A program made the translations under genes and the position numbers. This document shows positions 1 to 8,732 of a stretch of DNA of 26,299 bases, piece after piece. Numbering within the stretch: position 1 is the stretch's first letter; every line of letters starts with the position of its first letter. The notes beneath the pieces are model-generated. The model had not been told where the DNA came from and made no database searches. It worked only from the letters and a program-made list of their open reading frames with translations. The stretch comes from Eubacteriales bacterium (GTDB lineage: Bacteria; Bacillota; Clostridia; Oscillospirales; UMGS1783), in the NCBI GenBank assembly GCA_045596725.1, contig JAZOCX010000122.1:1-26299 (forward strand), in the 5' to 3' direction.

Positions 1-801
1 GTGCTGATTGATAAAGACGTCATTGACTTTGCCAATCGGGAAATGAGCAACGTGGTGCTCAGCCTTGACGGGCGCAAAGAGGTGCACGACCGCTTCCGTG
101 TAGACTATGCCGGCAACGGCTCGTTTGACCGCATCGTACCCAAATTCAAGGAACTTGCTCAGGCGCGCGGCGGGAAAAACTACTATATGCGTGGCACCTT
201 TACCCATCACAACCCCGATTTTCTAAACGATATTCAGACGATGCTCGATTTAGGTTTCCGAGAACTGAGCATGGAACCGGTCGTGTGCGACCCCGCTTCT
301 CCCGAGGCGCTGACCGAGGAAGATTTGCCCATCGTTATGGAGCAATACGAAAAATTGGCAGGCTTGATGCTCAAAGAGGAACGGGCAGGACGGCCCTTTA
401 CCTTCTATCATTATATGATCGATTTAGCGGGCGGGCCCTGTATCTACAAGCGCATCTCGGGCTGTGGCTCGGGTACCGAGTATATGGCGGTTACCCCCTC
501 GGGCGAGCTCTATCCCTGCCACCAATTCGTCGGCGACGAAGCCTTCAAATTGGGCGACATTTGGCAGGGTGTTACCAACACCGCCGTGCAGGATGATTTT
601 ATGAAGTGCAACGTTTACGCCCGTCCCGATTGTAAGGACTGCTGGGCGAAACTCTACTGCTCGGGCGGTTGCGCCGCCAACGCCTACCACGCTACCGGCA
701 AGATTACGGGTATTTACGAATACGGCTGTAAACTTTTCCGTAAGCGTATGGAATGTGCCATTATGGTAGCGGTAGCCAAGGCTCTGGGAGATACCCAATG
801 A
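1..801 (+). CDS. scfB: Radical SAM/SPASM thioether cross-link-forming SCIFF (ranthipeptide) maturase, 5'-truncated by the window edge
   Basis: C-terminal SPASM cysteines (GPCIYKRISGCGSG, LYPCHQF, CKDCWAKLYCSGGCAAN) and YMRGTFT motif typical of SCIFF maturases; the N-terminal CxxxCxxC lies outside the window. Confidence 0.85.
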   Translation: MLIDKDVIDFANREMSNVVLSLDGRKEVHDRFRVDYAGNGSFDRIVPKFKELAQARGGKNYYMRGTFTHHNPDFLNDIQTMLDLGFRELSMEPVVCDPASPEALTEEDLPIVMEQYEKLAGLMLKEERAGRPFTFYHYMIDLAGGPCIYKRISGCGSGTEYMAVTPSGELYPCHQFVGDEAFKLGDIWQGVTNTAVQDDFMKCNVYARPDCKDCWAKLYCSGGCAANAYHATGKITGIYEYGCKLFRKRMECAIMVAVAKALGDTQ

Positions 802-1985
802 CCACGCCCATCTGTGATTTTGTAAAAGCCTATCACGCCCACCGTCTGCATATGCCGGGGCATAAGGGCGTGGGGCCTTTGGGCTGTGAAGCGCTCGATA
901 TTACCGAAATAGCGGGGGCGGACAGTCTGCATCACGCCTCGGGTGTGATTGCCGAGAGCGAGAAAAATGCTTCTCTTCTCTTTGGCTGCCCCACCTTTTA
1001 TTCCACCGAGGGGTCGAGCCTGTGTATCCGTGCGATGCTGCATTTGGCAACGCTCGGTAAATCACGGCGTATCCTCGCCCCCCGCACCGTTCACACCGCC
1101 TTTTTATCGGCGGCAGCGCTTCTTGATTTAGACGTTATCTGGTGGGACGGCAACCTTGACACTCTCGCCGATGCCGACGCCCTTTATATCACCAGCCCCG
1201 ATTACCTCGGAAATATGGCCGATATTTACACCCTTGCAAAGCGTTGCCATAAAAAGGGTATGTTACTGCTTGTGGATAACGCACACGGCGCCTACCTGCG
1301 TTTTTTGCGTCCCTCTCGCCATCCGATGGACTTGGGGGCGGATATGTGTTGCGACAGTGCGCACAAGACCCTTCCCGTACTCACGGGCGGAGCCTATCTG
1401 CATCTGAAAAACCCCGCAGGGGCAAAGGAAGCGCTGGCGCTCTTTGCTTCGACCAGTCCGTCCTATCTCATCTTGCAGTCGCTCGATGCGGTTAATCCGC
1501 TGTTGGAGCATTTTTCTCCCGCCGTTTCTTTCCCCGACCTGCCCTTTGAGAGCGTGGGCGATGAGCCGATGAAACTCACCCTTGCGCCCAAGTCCTACGG
1601 CTATACGGGATTGGAATTGGCAGAAATATTACGCAACAACCATATCGAATGTGAGTTTGCCGATGAAGACTATCTCGTGCTGATGCCCGGCGATAAGGAG
1701 GATTTGTCCGACGTGGCGCAGGCTCTTGCCCTACCGGCACGTGCGCCGATTCTCACTGCCCCGCCCGCACCGCATACGCCCAAGTGCGCGATGAGTATTC
1801 GCAAGGCGATGCTCTCGCCCTTTGAAGAGGTGGCAGTGGAGCAGGCTTTGGGGCGTGTTCTTGCCCAGCCGAGTGTCTACTGCCCGCCCGCCATACCGAT
1901 TATTATGTGCGGCGAGGTTATTGATGAGCAGGCAATGAAAGCGTTTGCTTACTTTAACATAAAAAAAGTGAGAGTGGTTATCTAA
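798..1985 (+). CDS. PLP-dependent Orn/Lys/Arg decarboxylase-family protein
   Basis: LHMPGHKG, LLVDNAHGA, DSAHKTLP (PLP lysine), STSPSY and C-terminal YCPPAIP motifs; ATG at 798 overlaps the upstream stop (ATGA). Confidence 0.85.
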   Translation: MTTPICDFVKAYHAHRLHMPGHKGVGPLGCEALDITEIAGADSLHHASGVIAESEKNASLLFGCPTFYSTEGSSLCIRAMLHLATLGKSRRILAPRTVHTAFLSAAALLDLDVIWWDGNLDTLADADALYITSPDYLGNMADIYTLAKRCHKKGMLLLVDNAHGAYLRFLRPSRHPMDLGADMCCDSAHKTLPVLTGGAYLHLKNPAGAKEALALFASTSPSYLILQSLDAVNPLLEHFSPAVSFPDLPFESVGDEPMKLTLAPKSYGYTGLELAEILRNNHIECEFADEDYLVLMPGDKEDLSDVAQALALPARAPILTAPPAPHTPKCAMSIRKAMLSPFEEVAVEQALGRVLAQPSVYCPPAIPIIMCGEVIDEQAMKAFAYFNIKKVRVVI

Positions 1986-2000
1986 CCACTCTCTTTTTTT
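1961..2000. terminator. Bidirectional intrinsic terminator between convergent decarboxylase and MATE genes
   Basis: GAGAGTGGTTA-TC-TAACCACTCTC stem (1970-1993) with an A7 tract upstream and a T7 tract downstream. Confidence 0.75.
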
Positions 2001-3369
2001 AGTTTACGATATTGTTGAGCCAGACGCCCTTTTTAATGAGAATGTAGCCGATGCTCGCCTTAAACAAATCGGTGCCCGACACGATAGCGAAAACGGCTAA
2101 GATCGGCAAACTCGTATGCGCCGATAACAGATAGGCCACGGGGATATACACGCACCAGGAATAGACGCTGTCGAAGAGTACCGTTACCCCCGTGCGTCCG
2201 CCCGAGCGCAGGGTGAAATAGGCGGAATGGATAAAGGAGATAAGGGGCAGATAGGCGGCGGCAATTACAATAAAGCCGGTTGCCATTTGCTTGATCTCAT
2301 CGGTGGTATCGTAAAGCATCGGGAAGAATTTGGCACAGCCTGCCATCACCAGCCCCACGCCCGTTGCCAAGAGCAGACCGAAGACGGTGAGCTTGCGGTT
2401 TTCGTCCCGAGCCGTTGTCATATCGCCCTCGCCCAGACGGCGTCCGACCAAAATGGCAATGGCATTGCCCATCGCCAGCGCCACCACGTTAAAGAGATGG
2501 CTGATGGTGGAATTGATATTATAGGCGGCGACCACCTCGATCCCACGCAAGGAATAGCACTGCACCATCATCGCCATCGCCATGCTCCAAAAACTCTCGT
2601 TAAAGAGCAAAGGCAGACCCTTTTTGGTAATCCGCCCTACCACCTCTCGGGGAATGGCAAGACTGCGGTACACGCCCTTGATAAAGGGATGGCGCTCGGC
2701 GTTGCGGTGCGTCCAGAACGCAATCACGCCGAGTTCGGTAAAGCGGGAAATGACGGTAGCGATCGCCGCACCCGATGCGCCGAGGGCGGGCAAACCGCAT
2801 TTGCCGAAAATAAGCAGATAGTTCAGTAATAAATTAACGCCCACCGCCACAAGGCCGCTCACCATCGGCACGAGCGTTTGCCCCGTTTCCCGAAGCGAGG
2901 AGGCGTAAACCTGCGTTAGGGCATAGGGCAACAGCCCGATGAGCATAATGCGAAGATAGTCCTTTGCGAAAACAAGCGTTTGGGCATTTTGCTCCGGGGT
3001 GCCGTTGAGATAGGCGGATATGAGCGGAGTATCGCAGAGTAAAAACAGAGCGATGGCAAGCGCCGTCAAAATCAGCGTTGCCCACACCTTATAGCGGAAG
3101 CAGTAACGGACGCCGTCTTGATTGCCGTCGCCGAAATACTGCGCACTGAAAATGCCGGCGCCCGAAATGGCGCCGAAAATACAGAGAATGTACACGAACA
3201 ACAACTGATTGGCAATGCTCACGCCCGACATCGGGTAGGTGCCCGTCTGCCCCACCATAACGTTATCGAGCAGGGCTACGAAATTGGTAATGAGTTGTTG
3301 CACGATGATGGGCAACACCACCGTCAGTACCTTTTTATAAAAGGTTTTGTCTCCGAAATAGCGGTTCAT
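1999..3369 (-). CDS. MATE family efflux transporter
   Basis: 456 aa with about 12 hydrophobic segments; LPIIVQQLITNFVALLDNVMVG, GLPALGASGAAIATVISR motifs; AGGAG RBS. Confidence 0.92.
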   Translation of the reverse strand: MNRYFGDKTFYKKVLTVVLPIIVQQLITNFVALLDNVMVGQTGTYPMSGVSIANQLLFVYILCIFGAISGAGIFSAQYFGDGNQDGVRYCFRYKVWATLILTALAIALFLLCDTPLISAYLNGTPEQNAQTLVFAKDYLRIMLIGLLPYALTQVYASSLRETGQTLVPMVSGLVAVGVNLLLNYLLIFGKCGLPALGASGAAIATVISRFTELGVIAFWTHRNAERHPFIKGVYRSLAIPREVVGRITKKGLPLLFNESFWSMAMAMMVQCYSLRGIEVVAAYNINSTISHLFNVVALAMGNAIAILVGRRLGEGDMTTARDENRKLTVFGLLLATGVGLVMAGCAKFFPMLYDTTDEIKQMATGFIVIAAAYLPLISFIHSAYFTLRSGGRTGVTVLFDSVYSWCVYIPVAYLLSAHTSLPILAVFAIVSGTDLFKASIGYILIKKGVWLNNIVN

Positions 3370-3436
3370 AAAAACTCCTTGTGCTTTGCTGAAATTTATT
3401 ATACACTATACCTATACAAAAAGAAAGGTGCATTTT

Positions 3437-4195
3437 ATGAATATTGCCATATTAACGGGTGCTTCGGCGGGGCTGGGCGAGGAATACCTCTCCTTACTCG
3501 CCCGTGATGAGAAAATTGACCGTATCGTGCTCATCGCTCGGCGCCAAGACCGTCTGATGCGTCTGAAAGAAACCTATCCTAACAAGGACATCGTCCCTCT
3601 CGCTCTCGATATAACCTTGGCCGAGGACAGAAACACGCTCTCAGAGTGGCTAAAACAAGAACAACCGACCATATCCCTGCTCATCAACAACGCGGGGTGC
3701 GGTACGGTGGGCGCCTTTTGTGAGATGGACGCCGAGAGCCAGGCGAATATGCTTCACCTAAACGTGGAAGCCACCACCCTGCTCACCCATCTGTGTCTTA
3801 ACTATATGAATCGGGGCAGTAACATTCTCAACGTCTGCTCGATTGCCGGCTTTGCGCCCAACACCCGTATGGCGGTGTATTGCTCGACCAAGGCCTATCT
3901 CCTGCATTTTTCGAAGGTACTGCGTCGGGAACTGAAAAAAGAGGGGATCGGCGTGCTTGCCGTCTGCCCCGGCCCGATGAATACCGAGTTTTTCCAGGCG
4001 GGCGGGATCGTCGGCAAAAGCCACGCCCTCGAAAAGGGTCTGCCCCGTTGCTATGCCGACAAGGTGGCAAAGGGCTCGATGCGTGCCCTTTATCACGGGC
4101 GGGGCATCTACACCCCCACCCTCTTTTATAAATTCTACCGCCTGCTGTGCAAAGTCTTACCGCACGGGCTGATCATGTATTGGTCGGGGACGTAA
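3437..4195 (+). CDS. SDR family NAD(P)-dependent oxidoreductase
   Basis: TGASAGLG, LINNAG, YCSTK (YxxxK) motifs; start placed at ATG 3437 after AAAGGTG RBS. Confidence 0.92.
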   Translation: MNIAILTGASAGLGEEYLSLLARDEKIDRIVLIARRQDRLMRLKETYPNKDIVPLALDITLAEDRNTLSEWLKQEQPTISLLINNAGCGTVGAFCEMDAESQANMLHLNVEATTLLTHLCLNYMNRGSNILNVCSIAGFAPNTRMAVYCSTKAYLLHFSKVLRRELKKEGIGVLAVCPGPMNTEFFQAGGIVGKSHALEKGLPRCYADKVAKGSMRALYHGRGIYTPTLFYKFYRLLCKVLPHGLIMYWSGT

Positions 4196-4196
4196 T

Positions 4197-4874
4197 ATGA
4201 TTACCTTTTACAATGAATGGGACGAAGTGCTCGCAAAAGAACTGACGGCGCCCTATTTTACAAAACTCATCAAGGACTTACATCAGGAATATCGCACCAA
4301 CACCTGCTATCCGCCGCCCGAGCAGGTCTTTAACGCACTGCGCACCACGCCCTATTATAAAGTCAAGGCGGTGATTTTGGGGCAAGACCCCTATCACGGG
4401 CCGGGGCAGGCGCACGGGCTGTGCTTTTCGGTGCCCAAAGGGGTGGATATCCCGCCGTCTTTGCGTAATATCCATAAAGAACGGCTGGACGATTTAGGCC
4501 TGCCCATGCCCGAGCACGGCGACCTGTCCGAGTGGGCGAACGAGGGCGTACTGCTCTTAAACAGTATATTATCGGTGCGGGAGCATCAGCCCCTTTCCCA
4601 CGCCGAGCTTGGCTGGCAGACCTTTACCGATGCCGTTATTAAGGCACTTAACGAGCGGGAAGCGCCCATCGTCTTTTTGCTGTGGGGAGCGCCCGCCCGT
4701 GCCAAAAAAGCGCTCATTACCAACCGTCATCATCTCGTTTTGGAGGCGGCACACCCCTCTCCGCTCTCGGCGTATCGGGGGTTTTTCGGCTGTCGGCATT
4801 TCAGCCGTTGTAACGAGTTTTTAGAGGAGCGGGGTTTGGGTCGAATCGACTGGAAAATTTCCGAAAAACCTTGA
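4197..4874 (+). CDS. ung: Uracil-DNA glycosylase (family 1)
   Basis: VILGQDPYHGPGQAHGLCFS, PPSLRNI, GVLLLN, HPSPLSAYRGF catalytic motifs. Confidence 0.97.
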   Translation: MITFYNEWDEVLAKELTAPYFTKLIKDLHQEYRTNTCYPPPEQVFNALRTTPYYKVKAVILGQDPYHGPGQAHGLCFSVPKGVDIPPSLRNIHKERLDDLGLPMPEHGDLSEWANEGVLLLNSILSVREHQPLSHAELGWQTFTDAVIKALNEREAPIVFLLWGAPARAKKALITNRHHLVLEAAHPSPLSAYRGFFGCRHFSRCNEFLEERGLGRIDWKISEKP

Positions 4875-4899
4875 CAAAGCCAACGTTTAGGATAATAAT
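4871..4899 (+). promoter_or_regulatory. Sigma-A promoter for the cupin gene
   Basis: TTGACA (4871-4876) - 17 bp - AATAAT (4894-4899). Confidence 0.55.
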
Positions 4900-4932
4900 G
4901 AAGATATTACAATTATGGGAGGCAATCCATTT

Positions 4933-5385
4933 ATGAGCAGACATTATATCTGGCACTCGGACGAGGTTATGGGCTTTGGTAAGCCTAACTATGAAAGCCG
5001 TCTGATGCTCGACAGCAAGATGGCAGGCGAGCCCTGCATCAACGTAAACCACGGCACCGTTAACCCGAAGAAAAACACCGCTGAAATTGATGCCGACGGC
5101 CGTTCCTTCGGCTCAAAGCACGAGAAGGCGGAAATCTATATCGGTCTGGCCGGTGAGGCGGATCTGTACCTCGACGGCGAGAAGGAAGTCATGAGAAAGG
5201 GCACCGTTGTCTACATTCCCGCAGGCTGCGGCCATTTCCTTGTCAACCGCTCGGCTACCACCCCCTTCGAGCTGCTGACCCTGTGGCCCGACGAGAAGGA
5301 TAACGAGGCGTGGTTTGACCGCATCAATGCCTGGGGCGATGACTATTACCGCAGACGTGCCGACGGTACTTTGGGCGAAGAATAA
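4933..5385 (+). CDS. Cupin domain protein
   Basis: HEKAEIYIGLAGEA and VYIPAGCGH cupin motifs; GGAGG RBS favours ATG 4933. Confidence 0.8.
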   Translation: MSRHYIWHSDEVMGFGKPNYESRLMLDSKMAGEPCINVNHGTVNPKKNTAEIDADGRSFGSKHEKAEIYIGLAGEADLYLDGEKEVMRKGTVVYIPAGCGHFLVNRSATTPFELLTLWPDEKDNEAWFDRINAWGDDYYRRRADGTLGEE

Positions 5386-5422
5386 AAAAAGTAAGAGCAG
5401 AGGCTTCCTCTGCTCTTGTTTT
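5386..5422. terminator. Intrinsic terminator after the cupin gene
   Basis: AAGAGCAGAGG-CTT-CCTCTGCTCTT perfect 11-bp stem (5393-5417) followed by GTTTT. Confidence 0.85.
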
Positions 5423-5444
5423 ATGTCGAAAATTGCGGTATAAT
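5416..5444 (+). promoter_or_regulatory. Sigma-A promoter for the exonuclease gene
   Basis: TTGTTT (5416-5421) - 17 bp - TATAAT (5439-5444). Confidence 0.5.
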
Positions 5445-5471
5445 GGGACTATTGAAAGCAAGGAGTACACT

Positions 5472-6368
5472 ATGCACTATATCATACTCGACTTAGAATG
5501 GAATCAACCGCCCCACCCCAAGCGGATGGTGAAAAAGCCGGTGTCCTTGGTGGGCGAGATCATTCAGATCGGCGCCGCCAAGGTGGACGAAGCGATGACG
5601 GTGGTAGATTCTTATAAAACGATGGTTTGTCCCGCCTATTATACCCGTATGCATAAGCACGTGGCCCGTGTTACGGGGCTGACTGATGACGACCTCATTC
5701 AAGGCCTGCCCTTTGCCGAGGCGTTTGAGGATTTTGCCAAGTGGTGCGGTGAAGATTGCATCATCTTCACTTGGGGGCCCGACGATATCCCCATGCTCCG
5801 CACCAATATGCTCTTACATAATATCTCCTGCCCTCTGCCCCCCTGCTACGATTTGCAGGTCATCTACGACGGGCAGATCGCCCACGAAAACCGTCAGCAC
5901 TCCCTGACTGCCGTGATGGAAACCCTCGGCGAACAAGCCCTCGACGCCCACGACGCCTTAAACGACGCCCTGAACACCGCCAAGGTGTGCAAGCATCTTG
6001 ATATAAAAAAGGGCCTTGCCGACTATCCTACCCCCAGCCGTGGCGGATACGAGCGCAAGGGCGAAGCCTTTGCCACCAAGGAAGAAGCGCTGGCGAGCGT
6101 GAGCACCCTCTACTGCCCCTCTTGCGGGGAAAAACTGATCTGTGAGCCCATTAAGCATACCGACGCCCGCCACAGCGAGTGCGACCTTCTCTGCTCGCAG
6201 GGACACGCGTTAAAAATCACCTTCCGCTTTGTCAAATGGGCGGATCGGCTGCTGACCGTTTCCCGTGTGATCGAGGAGAAAACGGAGGACTCTCAAAACG
6301 CTCCGCCTCAGAAAAAGCGCCGTCGCCGCCGCAAGAAAACTTGCGAAGCAAATACCACTCGGCTGTAA
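5472..6368 (+). CDS. DEDDh 3'-5' exonuclease (ERI1/KapD-like) with C-terminal Zn-ribbon-like region and basic tail
   Basis: ILDLEWN, EIIQIGA, DAHDALNDA motifs; CPSC...C..H; KKRRRRRKK; AAGGAG RBS before ATG 5472. Confidence 0.85.
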   Translation: MHYIILDLEWNQPPHPKRMVKKPVSLVGEIIQIGAAKVDEAMTVVDSYKTMVCPAYYTRMHKHVARVTGLTDDDLIQGLPFAEAFEDFAKWCGEDCIIFTWGPDDIPMLRTNMLLHNISCPLPPCYDLQVIYDGQIAHENRQHSLTAVMETLGEQALDAHDALNDALNTAKVCKHLDIKKGLADYPTPSRGGYERKGEAFATKEEALASVSTLYCPSCGEKLICEPIKHTDARHSECDLLCSQGHALKITFRFVKWADRLLTVSRVIEEKTEDSQNAPPQKKRRRRRKKTCEANTTRL

Positions 6369-6418
6369 GCCGAATATCACTGCGTAGCAATATCACTCGG
6401 CTGTAAGCCGAATAACAC
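6341..6418 (+). repeat. Left array of AATA(T/C/A)CAC(T) motifs separated by GNA-loop mini-hairpins
   Basis: AATACCACT-CGGCT GTA AGCCG-AATATCACT-GC GTA GC-AATATCACT-CGGCT GTA AGCCG-AATAACAC, preceded by TTGC GAA GCAA. Confidence 0.85.
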
Positions 6419-6421
6419 ATT

Positions 6422-6449
6422 GGCACCTTCCAAACGGAAGGTGCCTTTC
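6422..6449. terminator. Intrinsic terminator between the exonuclease and four-helix-bundle genes
   Basis: GGCACCTTCC-AAAC-GGAAGGTGCC perfect 10-bp stem followed by TTTC. Confidence 0.8.
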
Positions 6450-6450
6450 A

Positions 6451-6813
6451 TCATCTTTGTTCAAGATTTGATTTTACGGTTTTCAGTGAAGATATTAACA
6501 TTCTGCGTATAACACCGCAATCGTTTTGCAAAGATTTGTAACTCTCTTCATCCATGCAGTCTGTTTCAAAAAGAAGTTCTAACCAATACTCGGTTTCATA
6601 ACACTCTTTTTGTGCTATTTCAAGTTTGGAAATGAAGTCCTTTTTCCCTTGCGCATATTGCGCTTCGTGCAAGTTTGCGCCGACCGAAGCAGCCGACCGA
6701 AGCAGTTGATTAACCAAAACCGCTTCCTTATGATTTGCCTTCATATCACGGCAAAGAAAGACAACCGCCTTTGCAAACTCCTTTGCCTTATTTCGTAAAA
6801 TGCTGTCCCCCAC
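6451..6813 (-). CDS. Four helix bundle protein (TIGR02436 / 23S rRNA IVS-protein-like family)
   Basis: QLLRSAASVGANLHEAQYAQGKKDFISKLEIAQKECYETEYWLELL family signature; GTG start with GAGGT RBS; more AT-rich than its neighbours. Confidence 0.9.
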   Translation of the reverse strand: MGDSILRNKAKEFAKAVVFLCRDMKANHKEAVLVNQLLRSAASVGANLHEAQYAQGKKDFISKLEIAQKECYETEYWLELLFETDCMDEESYKSLQNDCGVIRRMLISSLKTVKSNLEQR

Positions 6814-6831
6814 AACACTAACCTCTGTTTC

Positions 6832-6909
6832 AGTGATATTCCGACTATCGTCGGAGTGATATTTTTGCCGAGCAAAAGTGATATTGATGCCGTTGGCCTC
6901 AGTGTTATT
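6832..6909 (-). repeat. Right array of AGTG(A/T)TATT motifs (reverse complement of the left motif) separated by mini-hairpins
   Basis: AGTGATATT-CCGAC TATC GTCGG-AGTGATATT-TTTGC CGA GCAAA-AGTGATATT-GATGCC GTT GGCCTC-AGTGTTATT. Confidence 0.85.
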
Positions 6910-7905
6910 TTATTCGCCTTCGGCGAATAAAGGTAAAATGCCCTGACCGTTGTCGGTGTGGCAGATGAGCTGATAAATGTCGTGGCCGGGGAAAGGGTTG
7001 CCCTCGACTAAGCAGGGACCCTTGTCGGTAAAGGCGACGTCCCAGCCCACGTACCCGACCTGCGGGATAATGGTGGCGGCTTTTAGTACCAGCGCCTGCG
7101 CCTTGTCCCAATCGGGGAATACAAAACCCGAAATGGGCGTGCCCGTGGCGGGATGATTGGCAAAAATTTCGCCCTTTTTATTCACGGCGTCGTGTAAAAC
7201 CTTGCCCGTTTCCCTCTCCACCGGTACCACCATACCGCCGTGGTTGAAATTATCCACGCTCTCGCCCTCGGCGCCGATGCGCCAATAGGTGCAGACGAGT
7301 TTGGGGGTGCCGTCTTTGAGAATGGTTACGGCACGCAGGGTGTTCACCGCCTTCGGATATACCTTGCAAAGTTCCTCGTGCTGTTTGATGGGCTCTTCAC
7401 AGATCCAGCCCGCATACTCATTGAGTAATTTTTCATAAAGCGTGGGCAGGTCGCCCTCGACCCTGACCCACTCAATACCCCGTCCGCAACAGCCGTCACG
7501 AGGTTTTACCAAAAAGGTGGGGTGCTTTTCCATAAAGGCGAGCATCTGCTCTTTTGTGTCCTGAGCCACTTCTACCCAATCACGGTGGAAAAAGGCGTCA
7601 AAACGCTTGGCAAACTCCACCTTATCATCGAGCAGGCCACGAAAGGCAGGGTCGTTATACTTGCGCCACAACTCGTTATTGCGCCCGCCCGTTAAATAGG
7701 TGGCACGCTCGGCCTCTGAGCGCATATACAGTCCGCAATTTTCGTAGTCGATATATCCCGCACCGTGGCGGCGGGCACATCCGACGATATCCCAAAAGAG
7801 CCACACACGGCTCTTACCCGTCTTCTTTTTCAGGCGAGAAAGGGCCTGCATCATCCCCGATACGTTCAGACTTTTCAGTTTTCTCAGGGCGTACTCTAAA
7901 CCCAT
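6910..7905 (-). CDS. Sugar-transfer-associated ATP-grasp domain protein
   Basis: DDKVEF, VKPRDGCCGRG, EEPIKQH, VNTLR, DNFNHGG, VGWDVA, VEGNPFPG motifs. Confidence 0.8.
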   Translation of the reverse strand: MGLEYALRKLKSLNVSGMMQALSRLKKKTGKSRVWLFWDIVGCARRHGAGYIDYENCGLYMRSEAERATYLTGGRNNELWRKYNDPAFRGLLDDKVEFAKRFDAFFHRDWVEVAQDTKEQMLAFMEKHPTFLVKPRDGCCGRGIEWVRVEGDLPTLYEKLLNEYAGWICEEPIKQHEELCKVYPKAVNTLRAVTILKDGTPKLVCTYWRIGAEGESVDNFNHGGMVVPVERETGKVLHDAVNKKGEIFANHPATGTPISGFVFPDWDKAQALVLKAATIIPQVGYVGWDVAFTDKGPCLVEGNPFPGHDIYQLICHTDNGQGILPLFAEGE

Positions 7906-7917
7906 ACGGCTTCTCCT

Positions 7918-8652
7918 TTACTCGGCGTAAACGGTCAACAAGGCGATCGCCTGCGTCATCATAATATCCGCCTCGCTCTTGGTCATCTCCTGCAACACGG
8001 CGTTGATCTTCACCGCCAGCTCCTCCGACGTCTTGCGCAAGGTGATGCCGAGATCGGTCGTCTGCTCGGCAGAAAACTCGCTCATAATCACGTCCTCGTG
8101 CAGTACGGCGTAGGTTTCGGCGGTGGGCAGGTCAAGACACAGCGCATCGGCGTTGCCCTTTACTACCTCGTCCAGCTTCTCCTTGCCCGATAAAATGACG
8201 GCTCCCTTTAAGTCTTCCACGCTATCCGCCTTGGCATACTTGCCGTCTTTGGGAATCAAATACACGTTTTGCGCCGAATAATAGGGCCCGCACTCCATCG
8301 CCTCCTCGCTCTCGGCAAAGGAAAGGCCCGTCATTACGCAGTCAACCCGACGCTCCTGCAGAGCTGAAAGCATCGCATCGGCACTCAGTTGCACCACTTC
8401 CAAACGCCAGCCGTTTGCCTCACAGATGCGCTTGGCAATCATAACGTCGTAGCCGTTGGCGTACTGCTTGGTGTCCTTAATCGGCACGGCGCCGTTAGTA
8501 TCGTCTGTTTGCGTCCAGCTATACGGCGCACTGTAACAATCCAGCGCCACCGTCAGTACCTTATCAATGGTATCCGCCTTGTCCGTTTCTCCGCAACCGA
8601 CAACCGAAAACAAAAGCAAACAAGTGAGCATCAAAGCGAGTAACTTCTTCAT
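7918..8652 (-). CDS. Amino acid ABC transporter substrate-binding lipoprotein (SBP family 3), orphan
   Basis: Lipobox VVG-C; YAPYSWTQ, NGYDV, RRVDCVMTG motifs; no permease or ATPase adjacent. Confidence 0.8.
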   Translation of the reverse strand: MKKLLALMLTCLLLFSVVGCGETDKADTIDKVLTVALDCYSAPYSWTQTDDTNGAVPIKDTKQYANGYDVMIAKRICEANGWRLEVVQLSADAMLSALQERRVDCVMTGLSFAESEEAMECGPYYSAQNVYLIPKDGKYAKADSVEDLKGAVILSGKEKLDEVVKGNADALCLDLPTAETYAVLHEDVIMSEFSAEQTTDLGITLRKTSEELAVKINAVLQEMTKSEADIMMTQAIALLTVYAE

Positions 8653-8685
8653 CTTTTAACTTCCTTTATCACTCAATTTGCTTTC

Positions 8686-8715
8686 ATTATATAAAGAAGA
8701 ACAGTGCTTTGTCAA
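8686..8715 (-). promoter_or_regulatory. Consensus sigma-A promoter for the SBP and ATP-grasp genes
   Basis: Minus-strand TTGACA (8715-8710) - 18 bp - TATAAT (8691-8686). Confidence 0.65.
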
Positions 8716-8723
8716 GCACTGTT
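8700..8723 (-). terminator. Hairpin terminating the phage-like operon
   Basis: AACAGTGCTT-TGTC-AAGCACTGTT perfect 10-bp stem 9 nt past the endolysin stop; followed by CTTCTTT on the minus strand. Confidence 0.6.
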
Positions 8724-8732
8724 CCCCCCTTT

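Noticed and set aside
6451-6813. Diversity-generating retroelement (Avd-like protein near a phage)
   Set aside because: No reverse transcriptase and no TR/VR pair with adenine-specific mismatches in the window; the 75-bp coding repeat differs only synonymously.
6341-6909. Arrays as a CRISPR locus
   Set aside because: The constant unit is only 9 bp, the variable parts are 7-15 bp palindromes, the arrays are inverted, and there are no cas genes.
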